From the NCBI GenBank assembly GCA_964645765.1, contig CAZYBE010000006.1:18175-82174 (forward strand): 64,000 bases of DNA, in the 5' to 3' direction. This document shows, piece after piece, positions 1 to 9,269 of this stretch. Under the pieces are notes generated by a model, which was not told the origin of the DNA, did not search any database, and saw nothing but the letters and a program-made list of their open reading frames with translations. Made by a program: the position numbers and the translations under genes. The stretch's first letter is position 1. Every line of letters starts with the position of its first letter. This DNA is from an uncultured Eubacteriales bacterium. Its GTDB lineage: Bacteria; Acidobacteriota; Aminicenantia; Aminicenantales; Aminicenantaceae.

Positions 1-326
1 TCTTCATCGCTCCTTCGCTTTCTCAAGCCGCCTACCGCAATGTCTGCATTTTTGCCGAGGGAGAGGTCGACCGCTCTCCCACAGGCACTGGAGTCAGCGG
101 CCTGCTGGCCATCCTTCATGCTCGAGGCAAGGCGGCTCCTAAACAGCCGATTATCGTTGAAAGCATCATCGGCAGCAGCTTCACCGGACGCATCGATGAG
201 GCCACAACTTTCGGCCCCTACCAAGCTATCATCCCTGAAATCGAGGGCTCAGCTTATATCACCGGCCGCCATGAATTCTTGATCGATCCTGAGGACCCCC
301 TGCGGCATGGATTTATCCTGCGCTAA
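1..326 (+). CDS. Proline racemase / hydroxyproline epimerase family protein, C-terminal fragment (5' end lies outside the window). The motif DRSPTGTG has Thr at the second catalytic position, as in trans-3-hydroxy-L-proline dehydratase-type members.
   Basis: Codon phase 3 translates to ...FAEGEVDRSPTGTGVSGLLAILHARG...IEGSAYITGRHEFLIDPEDPLRHGFILR*, the typical C-terminus of the proline racemase superfamily. Stop codon at 324-326. Confidence 0.7.
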   Translation, partial: FIAPSLSQAAYRNVCIFAEGEVDRSPTGTGVSGLLAILHARGKAAPKQPIIVESIIGSSFTGRIDEATTFGPYQAIIPEIEGSAYITGRHEFLIDPEDPLRHGFILR

Positions 327-379
327 AATAATAATAAAAAAAGTGGTAATCTGGGATAGCTGTGAAAATTTCTCCCCTT

Positions 380-1366
380 CTAAAACTGGATAATTTTTCT
401 TAAAGCCTGGATATCTCGCTTCAACCTTGATTCGCAGACTTCAGGCCATCTCTCTCGCTCCTCAATAAATAACTTGCCGCCTTGGGCAAGCTCTCTTACA
501 CGTTGAGCCAGGCGGATAAGCGAGACAAATTCCTCAAGGGTTAAATCAGGAAACTCGGAAAGAAAATGGCTTTCAAAGATGGGGAGAAAAAAGCTTCCGC
601 CATGGTCCTCGATTGAGAGATGAACTTCCCATGGGAGAGATGATAATCTTTCAACTATCTGCCTGAAGTCGATAATGCCTTTTCCAATCTCTGCCGGGAA
701 GGAGACCAGCCCTTCCTGAGTCAGAAGGAGCGCTCCATCCTTGATATGGGTGCTGACCACCCAGGGAAGAATTCTTTCTGTTGCCCGCAGAGGTTCTTCG
801 AGCATGGTCAAGAGGTTCATGGTATCCAGACAGATACCGAGATAATCACCGGGCTCTGTATCGCATTGCTCGAAAAGCCTGAGAAGCTCATGGGTTGTAA
901 ACTCAAAGTGAGTTTCGATTGCCAGGATGACGTTGTGGTCTTTAAGCATATTGCGCTGCGAACGAAGGCTTCCTGCCGTCTCATGGAGAAGAGTCTCTGT
1001 CGAAGGACTCTCAGGCCTCCAGCGCATCAGGCCTCCGGAGCATGACCTTACCACCCTTGTCCCTAAAATTGCAGCTTCTTCGGCTGCTCTGCGGTTGACT
1101 TCAAAAATATCCTTCTTCTCCCAGGTATTGGTATCAAAAGGAATGTGCTCTCCCCCGCCCCATTCAAGATAAAAGTTGCGAGAGGAAGCGTATTGGGCAA
1201 GGTCTTTGAGATAGGCAGCATCGACCTTTTTTCTTTCTTCAGAGCTCAATCCTGAAAAATAGACTCCTTCGGCACCATTTTTTTCAGCCCATTTTAAAAT
1301 TTCGAGAGGAGAGAGATTCAAAGGCTGAAGACCGTAATTATCAATGCCTATTCGTAAGACTTTCAT
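380..1366 (-). CDS. Sugar phosphate isomerase/epimerase (xylose isomerase-like TIM barrel) family protein
   Basis: 328 aa ORF. Overall similarity and the spacing of conserved metal-ligand Glu/His/Asp residues match TIM-barrel sugar isomerases/epimerases. Confidence 0.6.
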   Translation of the reverse strand: MKVLRIGIDNYGLQPLNLSPLEILKWAEKNGAEGVYFSGLSSEERKKVDAAYLKDLAQYASSRNFYLEWGGGEHIPFDTNTWEKKDIFEVNRRAAEEAAILGTRVVRSCSGGLMRWRPESPSTETLLHETAGSLRSQRNMLKDHNVILAIETHFEFTTHELLRLFEQCDTEPGDYLGICLDTMNLLTMLEEPLRATERILPWVVSTHIKDGALLLTQEGLVSFPAEIGKGIIDFRQIVERLSSLPWEVHLSIEDHGGSFFLPIFESHFLSEFPDLTLEEFVSLIRLAQRVRELAQGGKLFIEERERWPEVCESRLKRDIQALRKIIQF

Positions 1367-1531
1367 GGCAAGCCTTTTTAATAAATTTATCTTGCGAGCA
1401 ATTTCAGGTTAGATTTCTGCTGATAACTTGTCAAGGGAAAGAGAGGATAGCATCCTATATTGCCTGATAATCATGAAATTGAAGCAAGGGGATTCTGTCA
1501 CGAAATTTGCGATACTTATGGTTGAAATTTT

Positions 1532-2026
1532 TTAGAGCTTAAGGTATCGAACGCTGTTCCCAGCCCAGGACAGAAATTTTTCAAAATCCGAGTAAGCCAT
1601 CTCCACAGTTGCGGTGTTGACATTGGGATGAAAGTTGATTCGATCTGAATTTCCTAAATCCTGGTCAATTATAACCCTAACCTCTTTTTTGCTGTCATTG
1701 ATCAGACCGAAAGGAGAAACTGAACCAGCTTTCAGGCCAAGATAGCGGTTGAGCCTGTCTTCAGAAGCAAAGCTCAGCCTGTCTTCCCCGAGTCGACCTT
1801 CGAGTTCCTTGAGCCCGGCTCTTTTCGTGTGTTCGATAATAACAAGGTAGTGGCGGTTACCCTTTTTGTTGCGCAGAAAGAGATTCTTGCAATGGGCTCC
1901 TCTTATTCCCTGCCAGTAGCGCTCGGCTTCTTCGACTGTGAAGACGGGCGGATGCTCATGCCGGATATAAGAAATATCGAGCTTTTTTAGAATTTCGTAG
2001 ACTTTCTGTTCATTCTCTGAATGCAT
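1532..2026 (-). CDS. YbaK/ProX-type aminoacyl-tRNA deacylase (prolyl-tRNA synthetase-associated editing domain protein)
   Basis: 164 aa, matches YbaK/ProX editing-domain family (GSVSPFGL, HPNVN segments). Confidence 0.55.
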   Translation of the reverse strand: MHSENEQKVYEILKKLDISYIRHEHPPVFTVEEAERYWQGIRGAHCKNLFLRNKKGNRHYLVIIEHTKRAGLKELEGRLGEDRLSFASEDRLNRYLGLKAGSVSPFGLINDSKKEVRVIIDQDLGNSDRINFHPNVNTATVEMAYSDFEKFLSWAGNSVRYLKL

Positions 2027-2134
2027 TGGCCTTTTCTCCGTTTCATAAAGCCTATCAAAAAATCTGCATCAAAATTGATTTTGGGAAAAATATCGTTTTG
2101 CAGAAGCGGATTTGAATCCACTCAGTGATAAACT

Positions 2135-2884
2135 TTAGATTTTAGCAAAATTCTCTTGAGCAAAATCCCAGTTTATTAGATGGTCGACAAAGGCAGCGAT
2201 GTAATCTTTGCGTCGATTCTGATAATCAAGGTAATAGGCATGTTCCCAGACATCTATTGTGAGCAAAGGAATCTGGGCCTTGGTCAGAGGATTATCGGCG
2301 TTAGCTGTCTTAGCGATTTTGAGCGAATCGCCTTCCACAACCAGCCAGACCCAGCCGCTGCCAAACAAAGTCGCTGCAGCTTCTATGAATTCCTTCTTGA
2401 AGTTATCGAAGCTGGTGAATGAGGCAGCTATTTTATCCGCCAATTTTTTTCCAGGAGAGCCGCCTCCGCCGGCTTTCATGCTTTTCCAGTAGAAGGTGTG
2501 ATTCCATGTCTGGGCGGCATTGTTAAAGACCGAGGCTTTGCTGCTATCACCTGCTGTCACTTTAATCATATCTTCGAGAGAGAGCTTTGCAAATTCTGTG
2601 TTCTGGACGAGCTTGTTGATGTTGTCTATGTAGGCTTGATGATGCTTGCCATAATGGAAGCCAATGGTCTTGGTTGAGATGTAAGGTTCAAGGCCGTTCT
2701 CGGCATAAGGCAGAGGAGGCAGCTTAAAAATAGATGGAATCTGCTCCTGGCTTAAATGAATGGCCGGAGATGCATTCAGACGGGATTTGAGAGCAAGAAA
2801 TTCGCCGGACAAAAAAGCCGAGCCACACAGAGCTCCTTTAAAAAATTGACGGCGGCTGAGGAGAGATATCCTTTCTTCTTTCAT
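2135..2884 (-). CDS. Fe/Mn-type superoxide dismutase with an N-terminal twin-arginine (Tat) signal peptide
   Basis: FHYGKHHQAY, WNHTFYW and DVWEHAYYLDYQNRR motifs of Fe/Mn SOD. N-terminus carries SRRQFFKGALCGSAFL, a Tat signal. Confidence 0.85.
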   Translation of the reverse strand: MKEERISLLSRRQFFKGALCGSAFLSGEFLALKSRLNASPAIHLSQEQIPSIFKLPPLPYAENGLEPYISTKTIGFHYGKHHQAYIDNINKLVQNTEFAKLSLEDMIKVTAGDSSKASVFNNAAQTWNHTFYWKSMKAGGGGSPGKKLADKIAASFTSFDNFKKEFIEAAATLFGSGWVWLVVEGDSLKIAKTANADNPLTKAQIPLLTIDVWEHAYYLDYQNRRKDYIAAFVDHLINWDFAQENFAKI

Positions 2885-3049
2885 TTTTTTTCTCCTTAGA
2901 TCAATTAAGTTTCTTTTTATTTTTCAGTTACCAAAGCTGAATTTTCACTCAAGGATTATGACGAAAAAAAGGGGGATATGCAACTTCTCTGTTCTTTTAT
3001 TGACTTTATTTTGAATCCACTGTAAAAACAGAGAACTAGAGGAAGGATC

Positions 3050-5155
3050 GTGCACATTTGGGGCCTTCACATCCTGGATATCGCCATCGTCTTTCTCTAT
3101 ATCTTAATCATCTTGTGGATGGGAAAACTCGCTGCGCAAAAAACAAGCGATTCGAGCGATTTTTATCTGGCCGGACGCAAATTGGGCAAATTCTACCAGT
3201 TCTTTCTCAACTTTGGCTGCTCAACCAACGCCGACCAGGCTGTGGCCGTTTCGCGTGAAATCTACCGCCAGGGAATCGGCGGCATGTGGATTCAATACCT
3301 TGTCCTCTTCTTGACTCCTTTCTACTGGTTCAGCACCTATTTCTTCCGCCGTGTGCGGCTGACAACCATTGGGGACTTCTTCACAGAGCGTTTTAGAAGC
3401 AAGTCTCTTGGGGCAAGTTTTGCTGTTTTTATCCTGCTGGTGTCTCTCCTTGGGGTGGGAATCAGCTATATGGTCGCAGCTAAGACAATGGTGGCCATGA
3501 CTCCTAAGCCTATCGAGAAATGCACACCTGAGGAACGCTTGAGCATCGAGCAATTCGAAGAGTACCAGGGACTCAAGTCAAGATTGGATCAAGGCTTGAG
3601 CCAGCAGGAAAAGACACGATACGAAGAGCTGAATGAAAAAAACAAGAAGGGCGAGCTTCATTCCTTCGTTTCCTACACCAACCCTCTCCTTTTCTACCTT
3701 ATCTTCTCGGTCATCGTCAGCATCTATACGATGATGGGAGGCTTTCGCGCTGCCGCCCTTACTGACACTGTCCAGGGGTTTCTGATCGTCATCTTTTCTG
3801 TTCTCCTCATCCCTTTGGGACTGAGCAAAATCGGCGGCTTTTCCGGACTCCATGCCTCTGTGGCTGACTATATGTTTGAATTATTCGGCTCGGTGACAAT
3901 CGGAGAATATGCCTGGTATACAATCGTGGCCATGGTTCTCTCCAACCTGGCCTCGATCATCGCAGTTGCTCCAGGCATGCAGACAGCCGGCTCGGCCAAG
4001 GACGAAATGACAGCCCGCTTTGGCATGATAACCGGGATGTTCTTCAAAAGATTCCTGATGATTTTCTGGGCTCTGGCAGGGCTGCTGGCCATAGGGCTCT
4101 ATGCCGGAAGGCTCCACGACCCGGATTTAATCTGGGGATTCATGACAAAAGACCTGCTCTTTCCTGGAGGGATTGGCTTGATGCTCGTCGGAATATTCGC
4201 AGCCAACATGTCCACACAGAGTGCAAGCGCTGTTTCCTATTCTGCGCTCTTTATAAAAAACCTTTATCAACCGCTCAAACCGAACAAGCCTGAAATGCAT
4301 TATTTGCTCATCGGCCGAATTGCGATAGCCGCCATGCTGTTGGCTGGAATAGGAATTGCGCTCTTCATCAACAATCTCCTGGTATTATTCCAGTACGCGA
4401 TCTCCATCCCGGCAATCTTCGGCGCCTCTATTTGGCTGGGGTTTGTCTGGCGGAGGCTGACAAAACCTGCTGTCTTCATCCAGGTTATCATCTGTTTAAT
4501 CATCTACGCTGTCATTCCCAATCTCTTTCAAACTCTCAGCTGGACAAAATATCATCAAGCCTTCTTACTGGAGACCAGAGCCAGAACAGTGACCATCACC
4601 ACCAAGGCCCTTACCGAGGACGTAAAGGAAGGAAGGGCAGAGCGCGTCGGCCAGCCTATTAAAAAACAGCACATTGTCGAGCCTGCGGGTGTCTTCTTCG
4701 AAAAGGTTGCGCGAACGAACCCCTCTGACCCTGCTTCGCCCAAGATAGGATTGGGAAGATTCCATGCTGAGATCTGGGTGTTGAGCTGGTTTAGAATCGA
4801 TTTCTCAAAATTCTCAAAGTCTCAGCTTGTTGCGACCCGCTTTCTATTCGATGCGGCTTTCCCCTTTCTTCTCCTCTTCATCTTATCTTTCGTGACTAAA
4901 TCCGTTCCCAAACCCTACCTGGATAGATTCTTTGCCAGGATGCACACCCCTGTTCAGAAAACAGAAGAAGAAGAGAGAAAGGCTCTTGAAGAATCTTATA
5001 GAAATCCGGGAAGGTTCGAAAAAGACAAGCTCTTCCCAGGCTCGAACTGGGAGATTCTCAAGCCGACAAGAATGGATTTCCTGGGATTTGGAGGAAGCTG
5101 GCTGCTGGTAGGTGTAATAATTTTATTGCTCTGGCTGATGGTTTCTATAAAATAA
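3050..5155 (+). CDS. Sodium:solute symporter (SSS) family transporter with an inserted charged loop and a C-terminal extension
   Basis: 701 aa multi-TM protein with SSS-family N-terminus (SDFYLAGRKLG). Probable GTG start at 3050 preceded by GGAAGGA. A ~120-aa hydrophilic insertion starts around residue 150. Confidence 0.65.
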   Translation: MHIWGLHILDIAIVFLYILIILWMGKLAAQKTSDSSDFYLAGRKLGKFYQFFLNFGCSTNADQAVAVSREIYRQGIGGMWIQYLVLFLTPFYWFSTYFFRRVRLTTIGDFFTERFRSKSLGASFAVFILLVSLLGVGISYMVAAKTMVAMTPKPIEKCTPEERLSIEQFEEYQGLKSRLDQGLSQQEKTRYEELNEKNKKGELHSFVSYTNPLLFYLIFSVIVSIYTMMGGFRAAALTDTVQGFLIVIFSVLLIPLGLSKIGGFSGLHASVADYMFELFGSVTIGEYAWYTIVAMVLSNLASIIAVAPGMQTAGSAKDEMTARFGMITGMFFKRFLMIFWALAGLLAIGLYAGRLHDPDLIWGFMTKDLLFPGGIGLMLVGIFAANMSTQSASAVSYSALFIKNLYQPLKPNKPEMHYLLIGRIAIAAMLLAGIGIALFINNLLVLFQYAISIPAIFGASIWLGFVWRRLTKPAVFIQVIICLIIYAVIPNLFQTLSWTKYHQAFLLETRARTVTITTKALTEDVKEGRAERVGQPIKKQHIVEPAGVFFEKVARTNPSDPASPKIGLGRFHAEIWVLSWFRIDFSKFSKSQLVATRFLFDAAFPFLLLFILSFVTKSVPKPYLDRFFARMHTPVQKTEEEERKALEESYRNPGRFEKDKLFPGSNWEILKPTRMDFLGFGGSWLLVGVIILLLWLMVSIK

Positions 5156-5273
5156 GTTGTAAGAAATGCAAGGCTCAGCATAAATTTATTGGAATTAAAT
5201 TTTAAATTAAGGTTTTATTTCATATCTTTGACCTTGTTGTTCATCTAATGAACCAAGGCAAAGGAGGCGGCTT

Positions 5274-6203
5274 ATGAGCAAAACAAGAAGTATTCTTGGC
5301 TGGATAGCCATCGGCTTTAGTGTTGTCATCTCTTCTTTTTGGGCCTATTGGGGGATAGGCGAAAGTTTTCATGAAGGCTGGCACATGGGTACCCTTTGGA
5401 ATAATATCGGCGGGGTGTTTGCTTATCTTATTCCGATGTTTTTAACAATTGCAATTTCGGTCTATGCCCTGATATCGCCTATAGGAGGAGGGCTGATCTA
5501 TTTCGCATTTGGAATTATCTTCAGTATTTTTGTTGTCGCCACCTGGAGCTCCCGTTGGACTAACGTTTGGGTTGCTCTTACCTGGTTTCCAGTGACAGTT
5601 TTGCTCATCATCATCGGCATATTCTACTGGGTTGGAAGGCCAAGGCCGAAGAAGTTTATATATGGGCCGGCAATAGGAATTCCTCTGCTCATCGTAATTG
5701 GTTTTGGCATAGAGCCAGTCATTCGGGTCGCTGGCCGTGTCGATGACGGAATTCGGGACGCACGTCTGGTTGAGGGAAATGGAGTGCGCTTGGTCTGGGC
5801 GCCTGCGGGGCCGGGCTGGCCGAAACACAGCGTTAACTGGGAAAAAGCAAAGCAAATCTGTCTTTATCTTTCTGAGGACGGCAAGACATTGATGAAGGCG
5901 CCGCAAAACATCTGGCGTCTTCCCACTGTGGAAGAAGCAGTCAGGTCGATGGCCAGGCATGGACGCAACTGCGGCGGAGAGTGGGACCCCAAGAAAGAGC
6001 GAGCAAGGTATAAAATCAAGCCTGACAAAGAATCGCCTCTCTGGGATACAACCTCCATGATTATCTATTGGTGGACTTCAACCGAGAAAGATGAGAACAC
6101 AGTCTACGCGATTGTCTATAACGGAGTAGTTTTTTCTGTGGCAAAAGATTTCCAGATAGGGAGCCGCTCCTTCCGGGCTGTTAAAGAAGCTCCTATCAAA
6201 TAA
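5274..6203 (+). CDS. Membrane protein (4-5 TM helices) with a C-terminal DUF1566 (Lcl-type) domain
   Basis: RBS AAGGAGG. Hydrophobic N-terminal half; C-terminus carries WRLPTVEEAV...YWWTSTEKDENTVYAIVYNGVVFSV...FRAVKE, which resembles DUF1566. Confidence 0.5.
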   Translation: MSKTRSILGWIAIGFSVVISSFWAYWGIGESFHEGWHMGTLWNNIGGVFAYLIPMFLTIAISVYALISPIGGGLIYFAFGIIFSIFVVATWSSRWTNVWVALTWFPVTVLLIIIGIFYWVGRPRPKKFIYGPAIGIPLLIVIGFGIEPVIRVAGRVDDGIRDARLVEGNGVRLVWAPAGPGWPKHSVNWEKAKQICLYLSEDGKTLMKAPQNIWRLPTVEEAVRSMARHGRNCGGEWDPKKERARYKIKPDKESPLWDTTSMIIYWWTSTEKDENTVYAIVYNGVVFSVAKDFQIGSRSFRAVKEAPIK

Positions 6204-6249
6204 GTTAACTTCTGATTTAAACAGACAGGATTTAAAATAAAAATATGGA

Positions 6250-7416
6250 TTAGTAAATGCACCTTCGGGCTTCATCGGCATAGGCTCTGATTAACTCGAG
6301 ATCGGCGTCAAAGAAATGGTCTGAGGGAGCTAAAATATATCCGCCTCCCTCCCCTGCTTCCTCAAAGCATCTTCTGACTTCTTTTCTTGTCTCTTCTGGC
6401 TTGCAGCCTTTGAAATAATGAAACTGGTCAAAGCCGCCGATCATGCACACCCTATGCCCGATTCTTTTCTTGGCTTCCTTCAGGTTGGCATCTCCACCCA
6501 TGGCCGATGGGGTAAAAGTTTCCATCGCATCCGGATTCATGTCCGCGATTCTCTCTAAAAAAGGCATCATCCCGCCGCAGGTGTGATAGACGACCCTCTG
6601 CCCGGCTTTGTGAGCGAGTGTAATCAATTCTGAGTCATAGGGAGCGACAAATTCATCGAATATTTTAGGAGAGATGACTGTCGAGGAGGCATCGCCGCCG
6701 CCGTGTTCGATGAGGTCAAATTTGGCGCCTTCTGTTGAGGAAACAAAAACTTTTTTCCTTTCCATCAAAATCTTCAAGAATTTATGCACCCAAATAGGGT
6801 CATAAAAAGTCTCCATGATCAGCTTCTCGATTCCGTATAAAACTGCTGCATCCTGCCAGCAGCCAGGCTGGCCGTAGACATCAAAGCCGGGAATGGAGCC
6901 GCGGACCAATCCCCTTTCGCCGAATTCCTCAACCTGGCGATTGACCTCATCAACATCACAGAGAGGAACCGGAGCGAACTCGGCAAAGGTGTCTATATCT
7001 GATTTTTCTTTAATCATTCGCTCTGTGACCCAGGTCGTGTGCTCATCGCTCTGCAAGACTATGGACAGTGTCTTTCTGGGAGTTTCAAAAAAGTAGCGGA
7101 TTGTCTTGTATCTTGGGTTGGATATATTCTCTGTTCTAGTCCGCCACTTATCAGACCAGATGCGCGGGGCCTGCAAAAACTCCAGTTCTTTTTGTTCCGG
7201 GTCAAAATAATGGCCCTGCGAAGTATCGGGCTTATGGGCAACGACCCAGTTAATCTGGTCTAAGCCGAAATAATCAAAAAACTCCTGGCAGGAAATCCCA
7301 TTCATGTAGGTTTTGAGGAAAGAGGGCATGACATGATGGGTGGTCACAGGAAGACGGTCAGGAATTTCTCTTTTCAGAGCTATCAAAAAGCGTTTTTTTG
7401 AGCTTAACTGTTGCAT
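6250..7416 (-). CDS. Uroporphyrinogen decarboxylase (URO-D) family protein, MtaA/CmuA-like corrinoid methyltransferase (MT2) type
   Basis: 388 aa. C-terminal GGGYILAPSDHFFDADLEL plus N-terminal PDRLPV are typical of URO-D/MtaA family. Confidence 0.65.
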   Translation of the reverse strand: MQQLSSKKRFLIALKREIPDRLPVTTHHVMPSFLKTYMNGISCQEFFDYFGLDQINWVVAHKPDTSQGHYFDPEQKELEFLQAPRIWSDKWRTRTENISNPRYKTIRYFFETPRKTLSIVLQSDEHTTWVTERMIKEKSDIDTFAEFAPVPLCDVDEVNRQVEEFGERGLVRGSIPGFDVYGQPGCWQDAAVLYGIEKLIMETFYDPIWVHKFLKILMERKKVFVSSTEGAKFDLIEHGGGDASSTVISPKIFDEFVAPYDSELITLAHKAGQRVVYHTCGGMMPFLERIADMNPDAMETFTPSAMGGDANLKEAKKRIGHRVCMIGGFDQFHYFKGCKPEETRKEVRRCFEEAGEGGGYILAPSDHFFDADLELIRAYADEARRCIY

Positions 7417-7490
7417 TCTCTTAAAGGAATTTGCTGCTTTTGACTCGCTGGGGCAAAAGCAGCAGTTTTCGAAGCATTCAACCTTAGCCT

Positions 7491-8480
7491 TTACTCAGAT
7501 ATATATTTTAAGGCGTGCTTTCTGACGGTTAACCCATTCTCAGACCTGGAATAAAGATTATTCTTGCTGTCGATGTGAATGGTGTGGGAGCTTTCAGGCA
7601 AGGTGAACGTTAAGAGGTGCTGGCCGTCGCTTCTTAAGACGTAAACGTCGCGGTTTCTATTCTCGGATAAATCACCGCCGAGGACAAAAAGGTTCCCGTA
7701 TGTATCCAAAGCGATTGCCTTGTAGACAGTTTCCTGAGGATATTCACTCAATGTGGCCTTTGTTCCTTTAATTTTTTTTGTCCTGACTTCTCTGTTTCCC
7801 AATAAGCTTTTAACCCAGAGCAGATTTCCATTTCTATCTAATTTTTCAATCTTATCTTTCCAACAATAGGCGATGAGAAGGTTATTGCTCCTATCAATTT
7901 TAAAATTAATCATATTCATCATAGTGAAATTTTTTGAGGTTTCATAGACAATCTTTCCCTTCTCATTTCCCGCGGAATCATAGAGGTAGATGCAAAAATT
8001 GAAATCCCCGTCCTCAGAGCGATCTCGCACCAGAGTCGAGACAGCAATTTGATTACCTGAAGTGATATTTAGATCGGTCACTGTGAAGCGGATAGGAATC
8101 TTAGAGTTGAATTTTAAATCTTCGTCAAAAATGCTTATTCCAGGCCTGTAACTTTCTGTGACATAGAGCCTATCATTGAAGTATTTTATTAAGCTCGGCT
8201 CATTGAAATCTTCTGGCCCTTTTCCGTTTCTTCTTGTCCTTTTCATGAGCTCGCCAATTTTATTGAACTTTTTTATTGAATCTCCTTTAAGGTCAGTTAA
8301 ATAAATATTATCTTCACTGTCAGTGGTCACTCCAACGTTCTGGTACATCACCCCGCCTTCGATTTCATCGATAACAAGAATTTCATCCAAGACAATTCTC
8401 ATCAGCTGCTCTTGAGCGGGCAAAAAAGCCAATAAAGAGAAAGAAAAAATCGCTGCTGATATTAGCTTTAAAGATTTCAT
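7491..8480 (-). CDS. Secreted 6-bladed beta-propeller family protein (paralog of 20890..22023)
   Basis: Signal peptide MKSLKLISAAIFSFSLLAF. Repeated DxxGNIYVxD-like blades (DSEDNIYLTD, DTYGNLFVLG). Confidence 0.55.
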   Translation of the reverse strand: MKSLKLISAAIFSFSLLAFLPAQEQLMRIVLDEILVIDEIEGGVMYQNVGVTTDSEDNIYLTDLKGDSIKKFNKIGELMKRTRRNGKGPEDFNEPSLIKYFNDRLYVTESYRPGISIFDEDLKFNSKIPIRFTVTDLNITSGNQIAVSTLVRDRSEDGDFNFCIYLYDSAGNEKGKIVYETSKNFTMMNMINFKIDRSNNLLIAYCWKDKIEKLDRNGNLLWVKSLLGNREVRTKKIKGTKATLSEYPQETVYKAIALDTYGNLFVLGGDLSENRNRDVYVLRSDGQHLLTFTLPESSHTIHIDSKNNLYSRSENGLTVRKHALKYISE

Positions 8481-8506
8481 CCCTTACTCCTCGACAATCT
8501 TCTCGC

Positions 8507-9151
8507 TCATGCCGCTATTTGGCCCAGCGTCCAGAGAAGGAGCGAGAGAGACAGAGCGACGCTGCAGGCCCACCGGGGATGACGCTGAATAAAACTCTCG
8601 CTGTTCATGCCAATCATTTGGCCGAGGCGAAAGAATAAAAAAGATAGAATGGCTGCCAAGCTTCCATTGATAAAGACGTGGTCAAGGACCTTTAGCAGCC
8701 CCGCTTCGATCCAGTATGGATAGCGGATGATATAGGTCACGAAGAGGGCGAAGAGAGTATGTCCTCCATAAACACCAGCCATCAAGGCCCCAAGCGTTCG
8801 CGAAGAGAACCGGCGCTCATCCTTCCGCAGAAGTGAAAAAGCAAGGTCAAAAGCGATGGCAAGGAAAATAATGCCGTAGATATGGCAGAAAAACGGGGCT
8901 GCGCTCACCAGCTTATAAGCGGCGCCGATGATGCCAACTGCGGTCGAAGAGCCAGGTCTGTTGAGCACTCCTCTTGCTACGACCAGGATAAAGATTGCCC
9001 AAACTGAAAGATAGACAGAGGCACGGGGAACATTTGCATTATAGAGAGCTCCTCCAATAAAGACTTCGCTCATCCCCCAAAGAGAACCAAAGGCCACCAG
9101 CCACGTCAATTGTCTCGTGCTGGTTATTTTTATTCTTCTAAGAGCAATCAT
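8507..9151 (-). CDS. Hypothetical integral membrane protein (5-6 TM; possibly an ECF-type S-component-like transporter subunit)
   Basis: 214 aa, strongly hydrophobic. Lies 26 bp upstream of the propeller gene in the same orientation, so probably co-transcribed. Confidence 0.35.
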   Translation of the reverse strand: MIALRRIKITSTRQLTWLVAFGSLWGMSEVFIGGALYNANVPRASVYLSVWAIFILVVARGVLNRPGSSTAVGIIGAAYKLVSAAPFFCHIYGIIFLAIAFDLAFSLLRKDERRFSSRTLGALMAGVYGGHTLFALFVTYIIRYPYWIEAGLLKVLDHVFINGSLAAILSFLFFRLGQMIGMNSESFIQRHPRWACSVALSLSLLLWTLGQIAA

Positions 9152-9269
9152 TTAGCCTCCATCATAAAACAAATCGGGCATTGATTTAAAGAAAAATATT
9201 CAATCGGTGCTTCTTGTCTTGGAAGTGATGATTTAGTATGCTTACACTATCTCCAAGAGCTAAAAGAAG

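Noticed and set aside
746-1172. Antisense ORFs inside the sugar-phosphate isomerase gene (746..1045, 927..1172). The same applies to many other antisense ORFs within genes (5442..5960, 14495..14851, 17480..17943, 31546..32067, 35840..36445, 56207..56707, 58084..58659).
   Set aside because: They overlap well-supported genes on the opposite strand, have no RBS, and show no recognisable domains. They are typical shadow ORFs.
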